The notes beneath the pieces are model-generated. The model searched no databases. It saw only the letters and a program-made list of their open reading frames with translations, and had not been told where the DNA came from. A stretch of 64,000 nt of DNA from NCBI GenBank assembly GCA_034780895.1, contig JAUZTB010000068.1, positions 17,670,589 through 17,734,588 on the forward strand, read 5' to 3'. The DNA comes from Rhynchobatus australiae. Its lineage: Eukaryota. The position numbers and the translations under genes were made by a program. Position 1 is the first letter of the stretch, and each line of letters begins with the position of its first letter. Positions 12,850-26,794 of this stretch are shown here, piece after piece.

Positions 12850-13875
12850 TACTTTCTCCATCTCCCCTCAAGTCTTCTGAACTCATCTGCCATGCGATCC
12901 TCCTTCCATACCTATCAAATTGCTGGCCACAACATACCTTTGTCAGTCCCACATTGCCATCAATTACCTCTCCTCATGTATTATCCCCTACTCCTTCAAC
13001 CCTTCCCTTGAAAAGAACTTGACCCTTGATCCCCAAACATCATTTTCCACTGCATAGATCTTTATACATGCTGTCACTTCCCAAATCCACCTCAATGTTT
13101 TACAGAATTCCAAACAAAAAAATCCCCCCATCACATTCCCTTGGTCCATTTGCTGATTTTGACAAGGTTAGCTGCACCATCCTCCTTGAACATTTCCACC
13201 ATTCTCCATTCATAAATATTCAGTTGTGACTTAAGTACATATTGCAGGTGGTTCTCAACTTTAACCTTTAACTCAACTATCTTATTAGGGTTCATCCTTG
13301 GCCCTTTCTCATTTACGTAATGCCCTCAGTAATACCTGAACTTGTGTGAAGACAACACTCAATTCTACCTCCTGGCCATCTCTATCAATCCATAGACTGT
13401 CAGCAAATTATTGACTATTGGACAAGCAGTCTGGTAATGTACAAATAACAATTTCCCACCATCTCTCCTAGTGGCTAAAATGTCCAAGTTTGAATTGAAC
13501 CTAACCTCAGTCCGACTCCACACTAATGACATGTATATTAATTTTAAAAATTCAATATTGTTTTGAAATCCCTTGTGTTTCCCCACTTTTGCAATTACAA
13601 TCTTATATTTTAGACTACCAATCCTTCTCCATAACTGGGCTTTTAATCTTCGATTCTATTTGCTCCACTGCAAGTAACCTGTCCCTATCCTGCAAAGGTC
13701 CTAAGATCTGGAACTTCCCTCATATTCTCTGCCTCACTTGTCCTTTAGAGCTACCTCTTTGACCAAGATTCTAGTCATCTGCATTGCCTAACATTTGGTA
13801 TCAAAAGACTGATAATATTCCTATGTAATGCCTTGGGGATTTAATTGTATTAAAAGGGGCTACATAACGCAAATG
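12850..13875 (+). mobile_element. Old L2 LINE RT/3' fragment
   Basis: Degenerate AAFDTVDHTILL-, GSILGP- and YADDTQLY-like segments; L2-type tail GCCTTGGG...TTAAAAGGGGCTACATAA. Confidence 0.6.
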
Positions 13876-15045
13876 GTCAATTTTAAAATTGGCTAAAAAC
13901 AATGAACCATGAACACTATGCTGTACTGATAAGGCATGCTAAAAATTTCCATTTGTGGAACTTTTCTCTACAAAAATCTGGCTCATATCCATAGTCTATT
14001 AGGTTGCAAACTATAATCAGAATGCCAGTTAGATAGGAAAAGAAAGTATTTGCATTTAGATAGTTCAAGGCAAAAACTTTAAATTACATTAGTCAATGTG
14101 ACAGGAGCAACTAGTGTAGTCAGAAAATTGTGTTAAGGTGTAGAGATTCTCACATTTGGAACCATGATTCCAATGTTGTGAATTTAAATTTTGTAGTTAA
14201 CAAGATTGAATAATTTCACAGAAGCAAGGCAGATTGAACAATATATCATACAAGCCGACCAGATTTCTATCAGATTAATTATTTCACCAGTAAAAATGCC
14301 ACTCTTTGTGCCAATTCCCAACTACTTCATGTAATTATTAAAATAGTCAACCATTGGGAGTTAAACAAAATTAGCAGCTGCCAAGATATTAAGCAACTCC
14401 TTAAACAGGATTACCAATGTGATTACAAGTTTTAACATGTATATTACATTTTTCAGCCAATTCCCAGTTAATGACTAATTTTTCACATCAATGCTAGATT
14501 CTTAAAACAAATTCAAAAACATATCAAACTTAATGTGGTACAAGCAAAGCAAAACAAATAAAACAATTAGAGATTTAAGCAACCACAACAGTCAAAAAGA
14601 GTTCTCTCTTACAAAACATGTCAAGGTAAACAAATTACCTAAACCAGTGTTTTCACATACACAGCCTACAGATAACCAGTGGTTAGGCAACACATTTCAG
14701 TTATTGAATAACATATCTGAGCAAGAAAAATTACATGCACAGGTTCATCATGACCCAAAAGCAGAATATTTCACTGGAAAGTCAAGATGTAATCGTAGCG
14801 CATTACATCATTAGTACAAAAATCAATTCCATTCCATTCCCAAATGGAAGCAAGGAAGTAACAAGTTATTTTTTCATTTATGAAGCAGAAAAACCATAAT
14901 AAAACTTCAGTTTGGCCACTCAAATGCTTCCATGAGTCTTTTAGAGACTGCTTAAAATAGTAATTCACCCCATGGACAAGATTCTGAGTTTTATTGAAGC
15001 TCTATGCAAGAGGATTTACTCCACTCAGAGAAACAATTTCATATG

Positions 15046-15283
15046 CAGCAAAATTTGGTTAATCTGGGATGTTCAGGACTTTAGGGTTGGTGGACAAGCA
15101 GATTTTCCAGATCATCAGGTGTTATTCTATTAATACTCCAATGCACTTTTAAATCACTTTTGTTTACACTTTAGAATTTTTTTTAAGACAGACCAAGTTC
15201 AGAATGAGTGTAGTCAGCAAGTCAGATGCTGAACAACTGGAATTTCTGAACAGTCGGATATCAGATTAAATGGAATTTTACTG
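15046..15283. mobile_element. Tc1-mariner/pogo-type MITE
   Basis: Imperfect TIRs CAGCAAAATT...AATTTTACTG; shares sequence with the copy at 23392-23638. Confidence 0.55.
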
Positions 15284-17241
15284 CAGTTACCCAATTACCA
15301 GGAGAGAAGTTGGTTCCAAAACAAAATTTTTTCTGCCCACTTCTCATTTTCCACTCTACTTTTAAAAATTGAATCTTGCTGTTTTTTTTGAAAATAAATG
15401 GATGCACTATGTAACTTTACAATGCACCACCAGTTTGAAAAAAATAGCTATGAGGAGAACAACTCAACTCCTTCCATCACATCATCNNNNNNNNNNNNNN
15501 NNNNNNNNNNNNNNNNNNNNNNNNNNNNNNNNNNNNNNNNNNNNNNNNNNNNNNNNNNNNNNNNNNNNNNNNNNNNNNNNNNNNNNTCCCTCTTACCAAG
15601 CCAAACACAAAATATAAAATGTTATAACCGGAACCATATATAAACTTAATACACTTCAACACAAATCATAGCCTCTTCCAAAAATTTGAAAACAGATTTC
15701 CCGCATTTCTCCACATAATTGATAAAACTTCCCAGTCTGCACATTATCTTTCAACATCCCTCTCCACTCACTAGACTGATCAACCCATGCTTGCGTGTTC
15801 CACCATTCAGTAAATCAGTTTTCTTTGCCTTCTCCACATAGCCCTTCTCATAGTTTACAAAAATCTACCAACCTCAGATTTTAAATTAACAATAGACTAA
15901 TTTCTAAACTTCTGCTACCCTTTGTGTTCAGAAGTCCTCATCTTCATTCCCAAAATCCCCAGTGCTAATTGTTAGAATATACCCCTTCGACTCTCTAAAC
16001 GATAGAAATAGTTTATGTGCATCTATTAACATCTATGATATTAATTCCTTTTAATATCTTGAAAAATTTAGTTGCAACCCTTATCCTTCAACAAAACAAA
16101 ATCGATACAAGGTCAATATGTCCTTCCTAACATGTAGTGCCTAGAACTGCATGCTGTACTCTACATGAACTGTGTAACCTCTACACACTTGTACTTTAAT
16201 TCTAAATGTACACAAGACCTAAGTTTTAACATTCCAGTTGCTAATGGTCTTAATCAATTGAGTTTTCAAATGGATTTAAAGAAAGTTAATTTTTTTGCTT
16301 TTATATATAATGGTCACATTTTATGCATTCTGAAAAGAATCAAAGGCTCCCAATAGAACTTTTACTATTCTAACTATAGACTGTGGTGAAAGATCCTCAA
16401 TTTCAGTCATAAAATCACGTTGAAAGTCCTTAACTTTTCTCTGGACAGAAGTGAGAAACTACTTGGAGACCAGAGACTACGAAAAGCATTTACCTTTTAA
16501 CCAATAATAGGTCATTTACAACCTCTTATAAAAAGTTGGTCAAATTTTGTTACAAGTTACAAAGACATCATATCCAAAGCTTGCTTTCTAACTTCCCATC
16601 TGCAGCTATACCTTCTAAGTTATGTGATTAATCATGTCCTGTATGTACTTCAGTTACAACTAAAATCAATACCATCATGTCAGTATTTTAATTTCAACCA
16701 GTATGACGACACAGATTGCCTGGTACAGAGGTCATGTACTTGATTACTGAAAATTGAGAAATTTTGTATGCACACATAAATGCACTTACATCAAGACAGG
16801 CAGCTTTTGATTTGAGATAATATTTCTCAAGATCTTGGTTTAGTATTTCATACTACTGCGTTCTTTGAGAATTACAATATGTCTACATATAAAATGTTTT
16901 TTTAAATAAAAAGACCAGTATATCTGAAAAATTTGAATATATTGTATTTTAATATTCATGGCAAAATATCTACTCTGGAAGGATGAAAAGTCATATGTTA
17001 CATAGACATGAAGTTTAGTTTACATAACATTGCAGCATCTGTAAACATCAGCTTTAAAAAGCATTGCAAATTTCAGATATTTACCACATTTCCTTTGCCA
17101 TTCTATGTGCCAGTGCCTTTGTGTCTAGCTTTGGTGCAGAAACCTTAAATTTCAACTTAAAGTTGCCACAGTATTTGAGCTTTCTAGTATTTTCGGGGAA
17201 CTGATGTACACAAGAAAATTAAAATATTCTGAAACACACAT

Positions 17242-17281
17242 TAGCTGCATTAATAACCTACTAGCTGCATTAATAACCTAC
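17242..17281. repeat. Perfect 20-bp tandem duplication (TAGCTGCATTAATAACCTAC x2)
   Basis: Directly visible; abuts a decayed PLE hammerhead-like motif. Confidence 0.9.
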
Positions 17282-18938
17282 ATTTCAGGTACTATGTACG
17301 TAAATCCTTCCTCAGATGTGGAAAGTTGGCATAAGCAGTTTCCTTTATAGGACTGATTTGCCAGTATTGTAAACCAGCCTATTTTCCAATTTCAACAATA
17401 TATGCAAATACATTTCATAAGATATCCATTTTAAATTAACTTTACAGGGCCAGCAAATGGAGCTAATTCCAGTACACAATGATATGTCATCTGCTTGACA
17501 TTTCTTTCTGAAAATGTCAAATTTAGAATACTTATTTTGAATATATATTAATAGGCAAGTTACGTTTGGAATTTGGGTCCTAGGAAGTTACTCTATTCAT
17601 TCAACTTAATAAATCGCAAACTTCTCAGATTAGGATTTTTAGCTAATGCATCAAACTAGCTAACCATTTCAGGCTTAATTTGATCATCATTAGACATTAG
17701 TAGTGCACCAAACAAATTAGACACATGGACACTATCAATTAAGCTGTGATGTTTGAAGAAATTTGGTCAAAGATTTTCTACATTTTCAGTTTTGTAGTCT
17801 ATCCTAATCACCAGATTACTTAGGTTAATAAAACAGTCTTTGAAAATTTTGAAGAGAAATAAGACAGAATGGTTTATAAAAAAACTTAGAGAATGTGGGT
17901 CATTACAAACATAATGCAACAAAGAAAAAGTATACAAACAATACAAAACAAAAGCTGGGATAAAATAAAAGATGGGAACATTTATTTTGCCTGTAATATC
18001 TTACACTGCAATTAACCTATACTAATATAATGTTGACAAGAATGTCAAATATACTGTATACAATTCACTGCACTGCCCAAATGCCCACACCAAATACCTT
18101 CAATTCCATATGCTGTAGATATTTCAATAAGATAGCAATAAAAATAATATTCTAAAATTCACACCTGGTAATCAACACATTATTAAAACAATTTTTCCAC
18201 AATTATTTTAATAGATATGCAATTATTAAACTACTCTACTTCTGAAGTACCAAAAATTGTGATGATAAATATTTATACAAATGTCTTTTGAGTATGACAT
18301 CAAACAATACAAGCAGTTGGATGTCAATGGCCAAAGTAGTTCAAGACTTTACCCAACAAGGCTAATTTCCACCAGCTGTTTATGATGTTCTGCATAAATG
18401 TGCGTATGCCGTTCACAAACAGAGATATTAGAACATCTCTATCGAAGATATCTCACCCAAATATTGATTACCAAAGCTTGCCATAAACAGAAATGTATGT
18501 GATTACATTAATGTGGTTCTATTTTCTATTAATACTAAAACGCTTACTGGTCATTTTTGTTTTAAAAAAAAGAAATGAAGCTATGGTTTTTGCATTTTTA
18601 AGTTTTTCCCTCAAGCAGCTAAAGGATAATGCCACAAGGAATTGGACTACATTACCTCTTCTTCAAGTCTTTCTTCCATCTTCACCCCACCAGCCTATAC
18701 AATCCACTCTTTTGAACCTATAATTATAAAACTTTCCCCACNNNNNNNNNNNNNNNNNNNNNNNNNNNNNNNNNNNNNNNNNNNNNNNNNNNNNNNNNNN
18801 NNNNNNNNNNNNNNNNNNNNNNNNNNNNNNNNNNNNNNNNNNNNNNNNNNNNNNNNNNNNNNNNNNNNNNNNNNNNNNNNNNNNNNNNNNNNNNNNNNNN
18901 NNNNNNNNNNNNNNNNNNNNNNNNNNNNNNNNNNNNNA

Positions 18939-21900
18939 GAAGAAGAGAGCAACTGAAAGGGGACTCTATAATATAGTTATGGGAGCAGACAGGAGATTCT
19001 GTGGGCGTGAAAGAGACTCCCACATGGTACGTTGCCTCCCAGGTGCCAGGATCAGGGACATCTCAGATTGGGTTCACCGCATTCTAAAAAGGGGGATGGT
19101 GAGCAGCCAGAAGTCATGGTACACATTGGTACCATAGGTAGGACAGTAGCAGCATGGTAGTGCAGCAGTTAGCGTAACACTATTACAGCGCCAGCGACCC
19201 GGGTTCAATTCCCGCTGCTGTGAGGAATTTGTATGTTCCCCCAATGTCTGCGAGAGTTTCCTCCAGGTGCTCTGGTTTCCTCCCACATTCCAAAGAAGTG
19301 GGTTAGGAGCTGTGGTCATGGTATGTTAGCACCAGAAGCGTGGCAACACTTGCAGGCTGCCCCCAGCACATTCTCAGTAACACAAAAAGATGCATTTCAC
19401 TGTGTTTTTCGATGTACGTGTGACTAATAAATAAATATCTAAAATATCCAAAAGAGGATGAGTTCTTGAAAAGTGAATATGGGGAACTAGGTAAGGAAGC
19501 TGAAAAGCAGGACCTCAAGGGTAGTAATCACTGGATTGCTGCCTGTGCCACACGCCAGTGAGGGTAAGAATAGGTTGATTTGGTGGATGAACATGTGGCT
19601 GAGAAATCGGTGCAGGTGGCAGGGTTTTAGAGGTGTGGATCATTGGGATCTCTTCTGAGGAAGGTATGACCTGTACTACAGGGACAGGTTACACCTGAAC
19701 TGGAGAGGGACCAATATCCTTGCGGGCAGGTTTGTAACAGCTATTGGGGAGGGTTCAAACTAATTTGCTGGGGTGATGGGAACCCAAGTAATAGGTCAGA
19801 GGATGGGGCAGTTGGTGATGCAGCATGTAGAGAGACTGTGAGGAAGGATAGGCATTTAACTGGGCAAAATTGCAGTCAGTTGAATGGGTTGAAGTGTGTC
19901 TATTTTAATGCAAGAAGCATCAGGAACAAGGGTGATGAACTTAGAGCATGGAGCAGTACACAGAACTATGATGTTGTGGCCATTACAGAGACTTAGCTGT
20001 CACAAGGGCAGGAATGGCTACTGGATGTTCCAAAAGGGACAGAGGCAGAGGTAAAGGAGGTGGGGGAGTGACATTGCTGATCAGGGACAGTGTCACAGCT
20101 GTACAAAGGGAGGATGTCCTTGAGGAATCATCCACTGAGTTAGCGTGGGTGGAAGTCAGAAACAGGAAGGGAGCAATCACTCTATTGGAAGCATTCTACA
20201 GAACCGCCAGTAGCAGCAGAGACTGAGGCGCAAATCGGAAGGCAGATTTTGGAGAGGTGCAAAAATAACAGGGTTGTCGTCATGGGTGATTTCAACTTCC
20301 CTAATATTGATTGGCACCTCCTTAGTGTAAGAGGGATAGATGGAGGGATACTTTTGAAAAATGTAGTGAAGTAGTTACTTTAATGCTGGACTAGGCAGTA
20401 TTTCACCTAAGAATATTTTATGTTGAACCAGGAGATTGAGGCCAGGATAAATGTTCTCCAAAACTATAAATTTGAAAGTTTTAAATGCAAATCTAGGTTT
20501 ATTAAGATGCGGTCTAAGTGGGAAATGTAAAATTTTTAAAAAATCATGGCCACATCTACGATGAGGTGAGAGAAAATCAGCAGATTGCACTGCAACCCCA
20601 GTGTTAGAAAGGCATTGTACTCAGAAGGTGGCATCTCTGGATATACTTCACTAAAAAATAAGAAATATCATTTGGATATTTGGTTCACACTATTATAAGA
20701 CCAACAATGCAGACACGAACCAGTTTCTCCATATGCACCCTCTTCAATCTCACCCCATCAACATGTCCTTCTATTCCTTTTTCCTTCTAGTTTCCCTACC
20801 ACACTACAACTGTTATCGTACACCACATTCTTGGTAAAAAAAATTCTTATTGGCCATATTAGTGATTGTAATACTTTGGGCCGCTGGTGGCGTTTCCTCT
20901 TTCATAATAAAATTATCANNNNNNNNNNNNNNNNNNNNNNNNNNNNNNNNNNNNNNNNNNNNNNNNNNNNNNNNNNNNNNNNNNNNNNNNNNNNNNNNNN
21001 NNNNNNNNNNNNNNNNNNGGGTGTCCAGGAAGGAATTCTGACACAATATGTAGACAGGCTGACGAGAGAGGCCATTCTGGATCTGGTACTAGGCAATGAA
21101 CCTTATCAGGTGTCAGATCTTTCGGTGGGTGAGCATTTCAGAGACAGTGACTACCACTCCCTGACCTTCACCCTTGCTCTAGAGGGGAGGTAGGAGCAGA
21201 TGGTATGGGGAAGTATTTAATTGGGGAGGTGGAATTATGATGCTATTAGGCAGGAACTTGGAAGTGTAAATTGGGAGATGTACTCAGGGAAATGCACAAT
21301 GGAAATGTGGAGGTTGTTTTGAGACCACTTGCATGGGGTTTTGGATAGGTTTGTCCCACTGAGGCAGGTAAAGGATAGTAGGGTGAAGGAATCATAGTTG
21401 ACAAGACGTGGAATATCTAGTGAAGAGGAAGAAAAAAGCTTGCTTAAGGTTCAGGAAGCAAGGATCGGACAGGGCTCTAGAGAGTTACAAGGTAGCCAGA
21501 AAGGAGCTTAAGAATTGACTTGGGAGAGATAAAAGGGCATGAGAAGGCCTTGGTAAGTAGGATTAAGGAAAACACCAAGGTGTTCTACTTGTACGTGAAG
21601 ATGAGGAGGATGACTAGAGTGAAGGTAGGACCAATTAAGGATAGAGGAGGAAACATGTGCCTGGAGTTGGAGGAGGTAGGGGAGATCCTTAATTAATACT
21701 TTGCTTCAGTATTCACCAGAGAGAGAGAGACCTTGACATTTGTGAGGACAGCGTAAGCTTGAACATGTCGATGTTAAGGAGGATAATGTGCTGGAACATT
21801 TGAAAAACATTAGGATAGATAAGTCTCCGGCGCCGGATGTGATATATCCCAGGATACTATGAGGGAAGAGATTTCTGAGCTCTTGGCAATGATCTTTGCA

Positions 21901-23290
21901 TCCTCACTGACCACAAGAGTAGTACCAGATGATTGGAGGATGGCAAATGTTATTCCCTTGTTCAAGAAAGGGAGCAGGGATAACCCTGGGAATTATAGAC
22001 CAGTGAGTCTTACTTCAGTGGTGGGCAAATTATTGGAAAAGATTCTTAGGTACAGGATTTATGAGTATTTGGAGAAGCATTGTGAGGGGCAGGTCATGCC
22101 TCACAAGCCTGACTGAATTCTTTGAGGATGTGACAAAACACATGAGGGTAGAGCAATGGATGTGGTGTATGTGGACTTTAGTAAGATGTTTGATAAGGTT
22201 CCCCATGATAGGCTCATTCAAAAGGTCGGGAGCAAGGGATCCAGGGCAACTTTGCTATGTGGATTCGGAATTGCTTTCCCATAGAAGGCAGAGGGTGGTT
22301 GTAGATGGAGTGTATTCTGCCTGGAGGCTGGTGATCAGTGGTGTTCCACAGGGATCTGAGACCCCTCTACTTTTTGTATTTTTATAACTGACTTGGATGA
22401 GGAAGTGGAAGGGTGGGTTGGTAAGTTTGCAGATGACAAAGGTTGGTGGTGTTGTGGATACTGTAGAAGGTTGTTGAAGGTTACAACAGGACATTGACAT
22501 AATGCAAAGCTGGGCTGAGAAGTGGCAGATGGAGTTCAGCCTGGAAAAGTGTGAAGCGATTCACTTTGGAAGGTCAAATTTGAAGGCAGGGATCTTGGGG
22601 TCCAAGTCCATAGATTCCTCAACGATGCTGCACAAGTTGACAGGGTTGTTAAAAAAGCGTATGGCATATTGGCCTTCAATAGTCAGGGGATTGAGTTCAA
22701 GAGCCGCGAGGTATTGCTGCAGCTCTATAAAACCCTAGTCAGACCGCACTTAGAATATTGTGTTCTGTTCTGGTCGCCTCCCTATAGGAAGGATGTGGAA
22801 GCTTTAGAAAGGGTACAGAGGAGATTTACCAGGATGCTATCTGGATTGGAGACCATGTCTTATGAGGACAGATTGAGTGAGCTAGGGCTTTTCTCTTTGG
22901 AGAGAAGGACCATGAGAGGTGACCTCAGAGGTGTACAAGATGATAAGAGACACAAATAGAGTGGACAACCAGAGATTTTTTTCCCCCCAGAGCGGAAATG
23001 GCTAACACGAGGGGGCATAATTTTAAGGAGATTGGAAGAAGGCATGGGGGGGATACCAGAGGCAAGCTTTTTTTTTTAAAACTACACAGAGAGTGGTGGG
23101 TTTGTGGAACGCATTGCCAGGGATGCTGTAGAGGCAGATACATTAGGGAGATTTAAGAGACTCAAAGATAGTCACATAGACAATAGAAAAATGGAGTGGT
23201 AAATGGGAGGGAATGGTTAGATGGATCTTAGAGTAGGCTAAAAGGTCGGCACAACATCGTGGGCTGAAGGGCCTGTACTGTGATGTTCTA
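18939..23290 (+). mobile_element. Long but disabled CR1 LINE (ORF1 SGNH-esterase part, ORF2 APE + RT, 3' tail)
   Basis: ORF1: CLPGARIRD..VHIGT..DRLHLNWRGTNILAGRF. ORF2: YFNARSIRNK, VVVMGDFNFPNIDW, AILDLVLGNEP, PGNYRPVSLTSVVGKLLE, SGVPQGS, KFADD, LVRPHLEYCV. Many stops and frameshifts; tail GGGCTGAAGGGCCTGTACTGTGATGTTCTA. Confidence 0.95.
19145..19449 (+). mobile_element. Full-length tRNA-derived V-SINE inserted in CR1 ORF1
   Basis: A/B-box head (GGTTCAATTCCC), V domain, tail TTTCACTGTG...GTGACTAATAAA. CR1 sequence resumes directly after it. Confidence 0.9.
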
Positions 23291-23391
23291 AATCACCTCT
23301 TGTGGCAGTAAAACAATTTTAAATCTGCAGGGAAAGTGTTTAAAGATACTCCAATACTCAATGGCTGAAACAACCTTACTCATAAAAACTA

Positions 23392-23638
23392 CAGTAAAAC
23401 CTGAATAAAACATTATCCCATTATTTGCAAATCCTGATGGCTTGGTATCTGATACACTGGGCCCTGGTTCCCACAGTCCCTTCGCTGGGTTCACTGGAGA
23501 ATTTATTTCAAAAATATATATTTATGTAAAAGTGAATTAAAAGTGTGTGAAGTACTAATAGGAGTTATATCCAAGGGTCTGGAAAATCTGCCAGTCTGAC
23601 ACCAAAGTCCTGTGTGCCAAATTAATGGAGTTTTACTG
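23392..23638. mobile_element. Tc1-mariner/pogo-type MITE
   Basis: TA-CAGTAAAAC ... GTTTTACTG TIRs; subterminal similarity to 15046-15115. Confidence 0.65.
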
Positions 23639-25739
23639 TTACATTGTTAAGAGTTACATTGTCAAAAATAAATATTGAAATGAAAGCAAAAAAAATTGGC
23701 ACAAAAATGCTTTTTTCAATTTATTTTTGAAATAATGAAAGAGATCAGCAAATTCTCTTTTCATGATTCCAGCTTGAACCTTCTGAAAAGGTCAAATACC
23801 TAGACATTTGGCAAATGCCTTTAAGCTCAAAGCTCCAATCAGGTTTGTACAGTCAATTATTAATAACTAGGCTTTTTATGCTGAATGGGAAGCTTGTCTC
23901 AGACAAACATTAATTCAGACAGTACTCTTTTCCAAGATCTTTGTTGCCAAGAACCAGATGTGAATGGGAACACTAAAACACCAATATTTGTTGCTACTAA
24001 ATCCAAAACTTCTGATCAATAGAATAGGACTAAATGCTTTTTCGCAAATCAAAATCTCTTCCAAAAAACTATTATAGCTCCCATTTTATAGTAAAGCATC
24101 TTATAGGTTTATTGCAAACATACAAAACAGCTAAACATTCATTTTGTGAGGCAGGCACTGAAAGGATGTTCCTTTCAGAAATCCCTCCATCCCTTCTAAC
24201 AGCTGGAAAAAAGATCACTTTTTTAAAAAATTAATTACTATAGCCCAATGAGATGGACTAAATGGATTTAAAAACAGCCTTCATCACTGAAGTGCAAACC
24301 CATTCCCACCCAAATGAGATCTTGAAATAGCAAAACAAAGATGCTGATACACAGCTTTAGGCAGCTTACACATACATATTAACTTGGCACATCCTCTCAG
24401 GTTTTAGAATGGAAAAAGAGCAGAGACATGGAAAAGAGCAGGGGTGGGGTGGGGAAAAGAGTGAAATGTAGAATCATTCATCATCGACAAGTCCCCAAAT
24501 CAAAGCACTGGGATAAAAATGCACTGGCAAATATATCTGCAAGTATGAATGCATATTTGTTCCAGTTTATATTGAGCACAAGGAAGTTACAAACACATTA
24601 TGTTGAAATCTTAATGGCAAAACTGCAAAACAAAACCTTGCACTTAAAACACCCTCAAAACAAACACTGGAATTCAGCTGTTAGAGATATTCAAATCCTA
24701 GAGCATCTGACTCTTCATCATGTGTTCAATCACTAAGAAAATGTATGGTATAAACACTGAGAACGTTTGAATCTGATCAGCACAACCCGAGCTGTGGAAT
24801 GCATAAATCCTGGACATGAAGTGTCAGCCAAAGCTGCAGAAATTTTCCTTCATTTTCCTCCAAAGACTCTTGTGACCCCTTTGCAACATATTGACAGAAG
24901 ACACCATGCAACAGAAGAGAAAGAGTTTATCCCTGGAGAGGAGGAGACCTCCAAAACAGTTACACAAATCCAGCCTATGGGATGTTTATGCCCAGTCTGC
25001 CTTAGCAAACCGACTTTGCTCCCTTCCCACTCACCCATCGCATTACCCTGAATAACTTTCCATAGCCAGATCCAGAAATGATTTGACAGCAAGCTCAACT
25101 GGCTTTCCATCTGCCAAAATGGTCAACTGTAATGTCCCTGGACACCATTAGATTAAGAAAATCTTATAACGTTGCCAAGGGGGATAGTATTGGGATGCCT
25201 TAAATTGATAGGCAAAGATGGCAGACTGAGCAAATGAGAGTAAAGTTTCAGCAGTGTAAAAAGAGAACAAGAGAAGGAACCACCCTGCCATTGGAGGCAG
25301 GAGGCAAAAGAAAGTTTGAGAACTGGTTGACATACAAATCAAATATTTTGCATCTATTTCTCCAGTAGAAGATACAAAGATTACACCAGAAATTGTTCAC
25401 AACTAATATAGAAGTATGAGAGGAGATTAAAAGCTGACAAATCCCCTAGATCATGGCAAAACCCCCTCAACCATATCCTTCCAGTGCCTGCAAAACTGCT
25501 CCTGGAATCAGATTTTTCTGTCCATCCCGAGGCAAGTGGACAATCTGTGCCACGCATCAATTCCAAGAAATACAGAAAGTGGCAACCACCACTATACGAG
25601 ACTTTTTTTCCTAACTTCACTGGTCTTTGATTTAGTCAATCAAGAAGGATTGTAGAGTATCTTTCTCAAAATTGGCTCTGCACATAAATTCATATCGATC
25701 TTACATCTGCTACATGATAGCATGCAAGCTGCAATGAGT

Positions 25740-26755
25740 CAATTGCTGCATAAGAGATCAGATCTCAGTGCACACTGGTTTTGAGTGATGCTGTGTCAAT
25801 CCCTAACATTTTTCTCAATCTTTCTCACTGCCACACTACATCTCATCTCAAAAAGCTTCCCTTTTCAGTGGGACTAATCTATAAGACAAATGGGAAACCA
25901 TTCAACTGACATCATCTCCATTCCACAACCAAGGGCACGCCAACTTTAAACACAGATGATGGCTGCATATGTTCACATTCAAAAGGCCAAACTCCAAGAC
26001 ATTATTGACTCATTCACTAAAGCATGCTAGATAATGGGCTTTACACTTAAAGGCACACAAAACAAATGTCCTCTAATCTTTCCACACTGTACAATAACAT
26101 TTGCCGACAATAAGGTCTGTGGAAAACACGGAAAATTTCCCATACCCTGGGAAGTACACCCTCAGCGAAGGCAGCTAAAGATGAAAGTCATCATCACTTT
26201 CAGTGGATCACTAAGGAAAATCCTCAATCCTGACCTAAAACTCAGTCTAGTGACCCCTGCCTTCCAGTATGCTTCTGAGACATGGATTACCTTACAGAAG
26301 ACACTTTAAAACACCAAAGTTCTAATTACACTCAGTCAGCTCCAATGAGAAGGCCAAGATGCTCACAATGCCCAACACCAAACTCCAAAAACTCTCTTCA
26401 GAGCTCTGTTGTTGCTAAAAATTTTATTTGTCTACCCGACAAAGAGTCAAGAATCTTGATATAGTCCCCTTTAAAAAAAAAAGTGCAATATCCCCACTGA
26501 TTTCTGGGAATCCTTGGTTCATTGCACTCAAAATGGGGAAAGAACATTCAGGATGGTATTAACAACTGAGTCCAGTTGTCCGGAGCAGAAAGAAGCCTTG
26601 CACATATGGTTAAAAGGATATATCACCTCCCAGACTGCTCTGTCAAGCTTGTCCTGTCCCAGCTGTGCCAAAGTCTGTGGGTCCCACAATGGCCTTGTTG
26701 GCCACCTCAGAAGTAGTGGATGCAAGTCATCCTCAATCCTAAAGAACTGTATGCT
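25740..26755 (+). mobile_element. RTE-clade LINE 3' fragment
   Basis: Degenerate RT (ACAGATGATG, YADD-like), LxYASETW, and C-terminal zinc knuckle CPSCAKVCGSHNGLVGHLR. Confidence 0.75.
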
Positions 26756-26794
26756 AATAAAGAGAGAAATCTTATTTCACAAATTTAATTGACT

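Noticed and set aside
19145-19220. tRNA-like A/B boxes (also 44835-44912)
   Set aside because: These are SINE heads continuing into the V domain; no complete cloverleaf or terminator.
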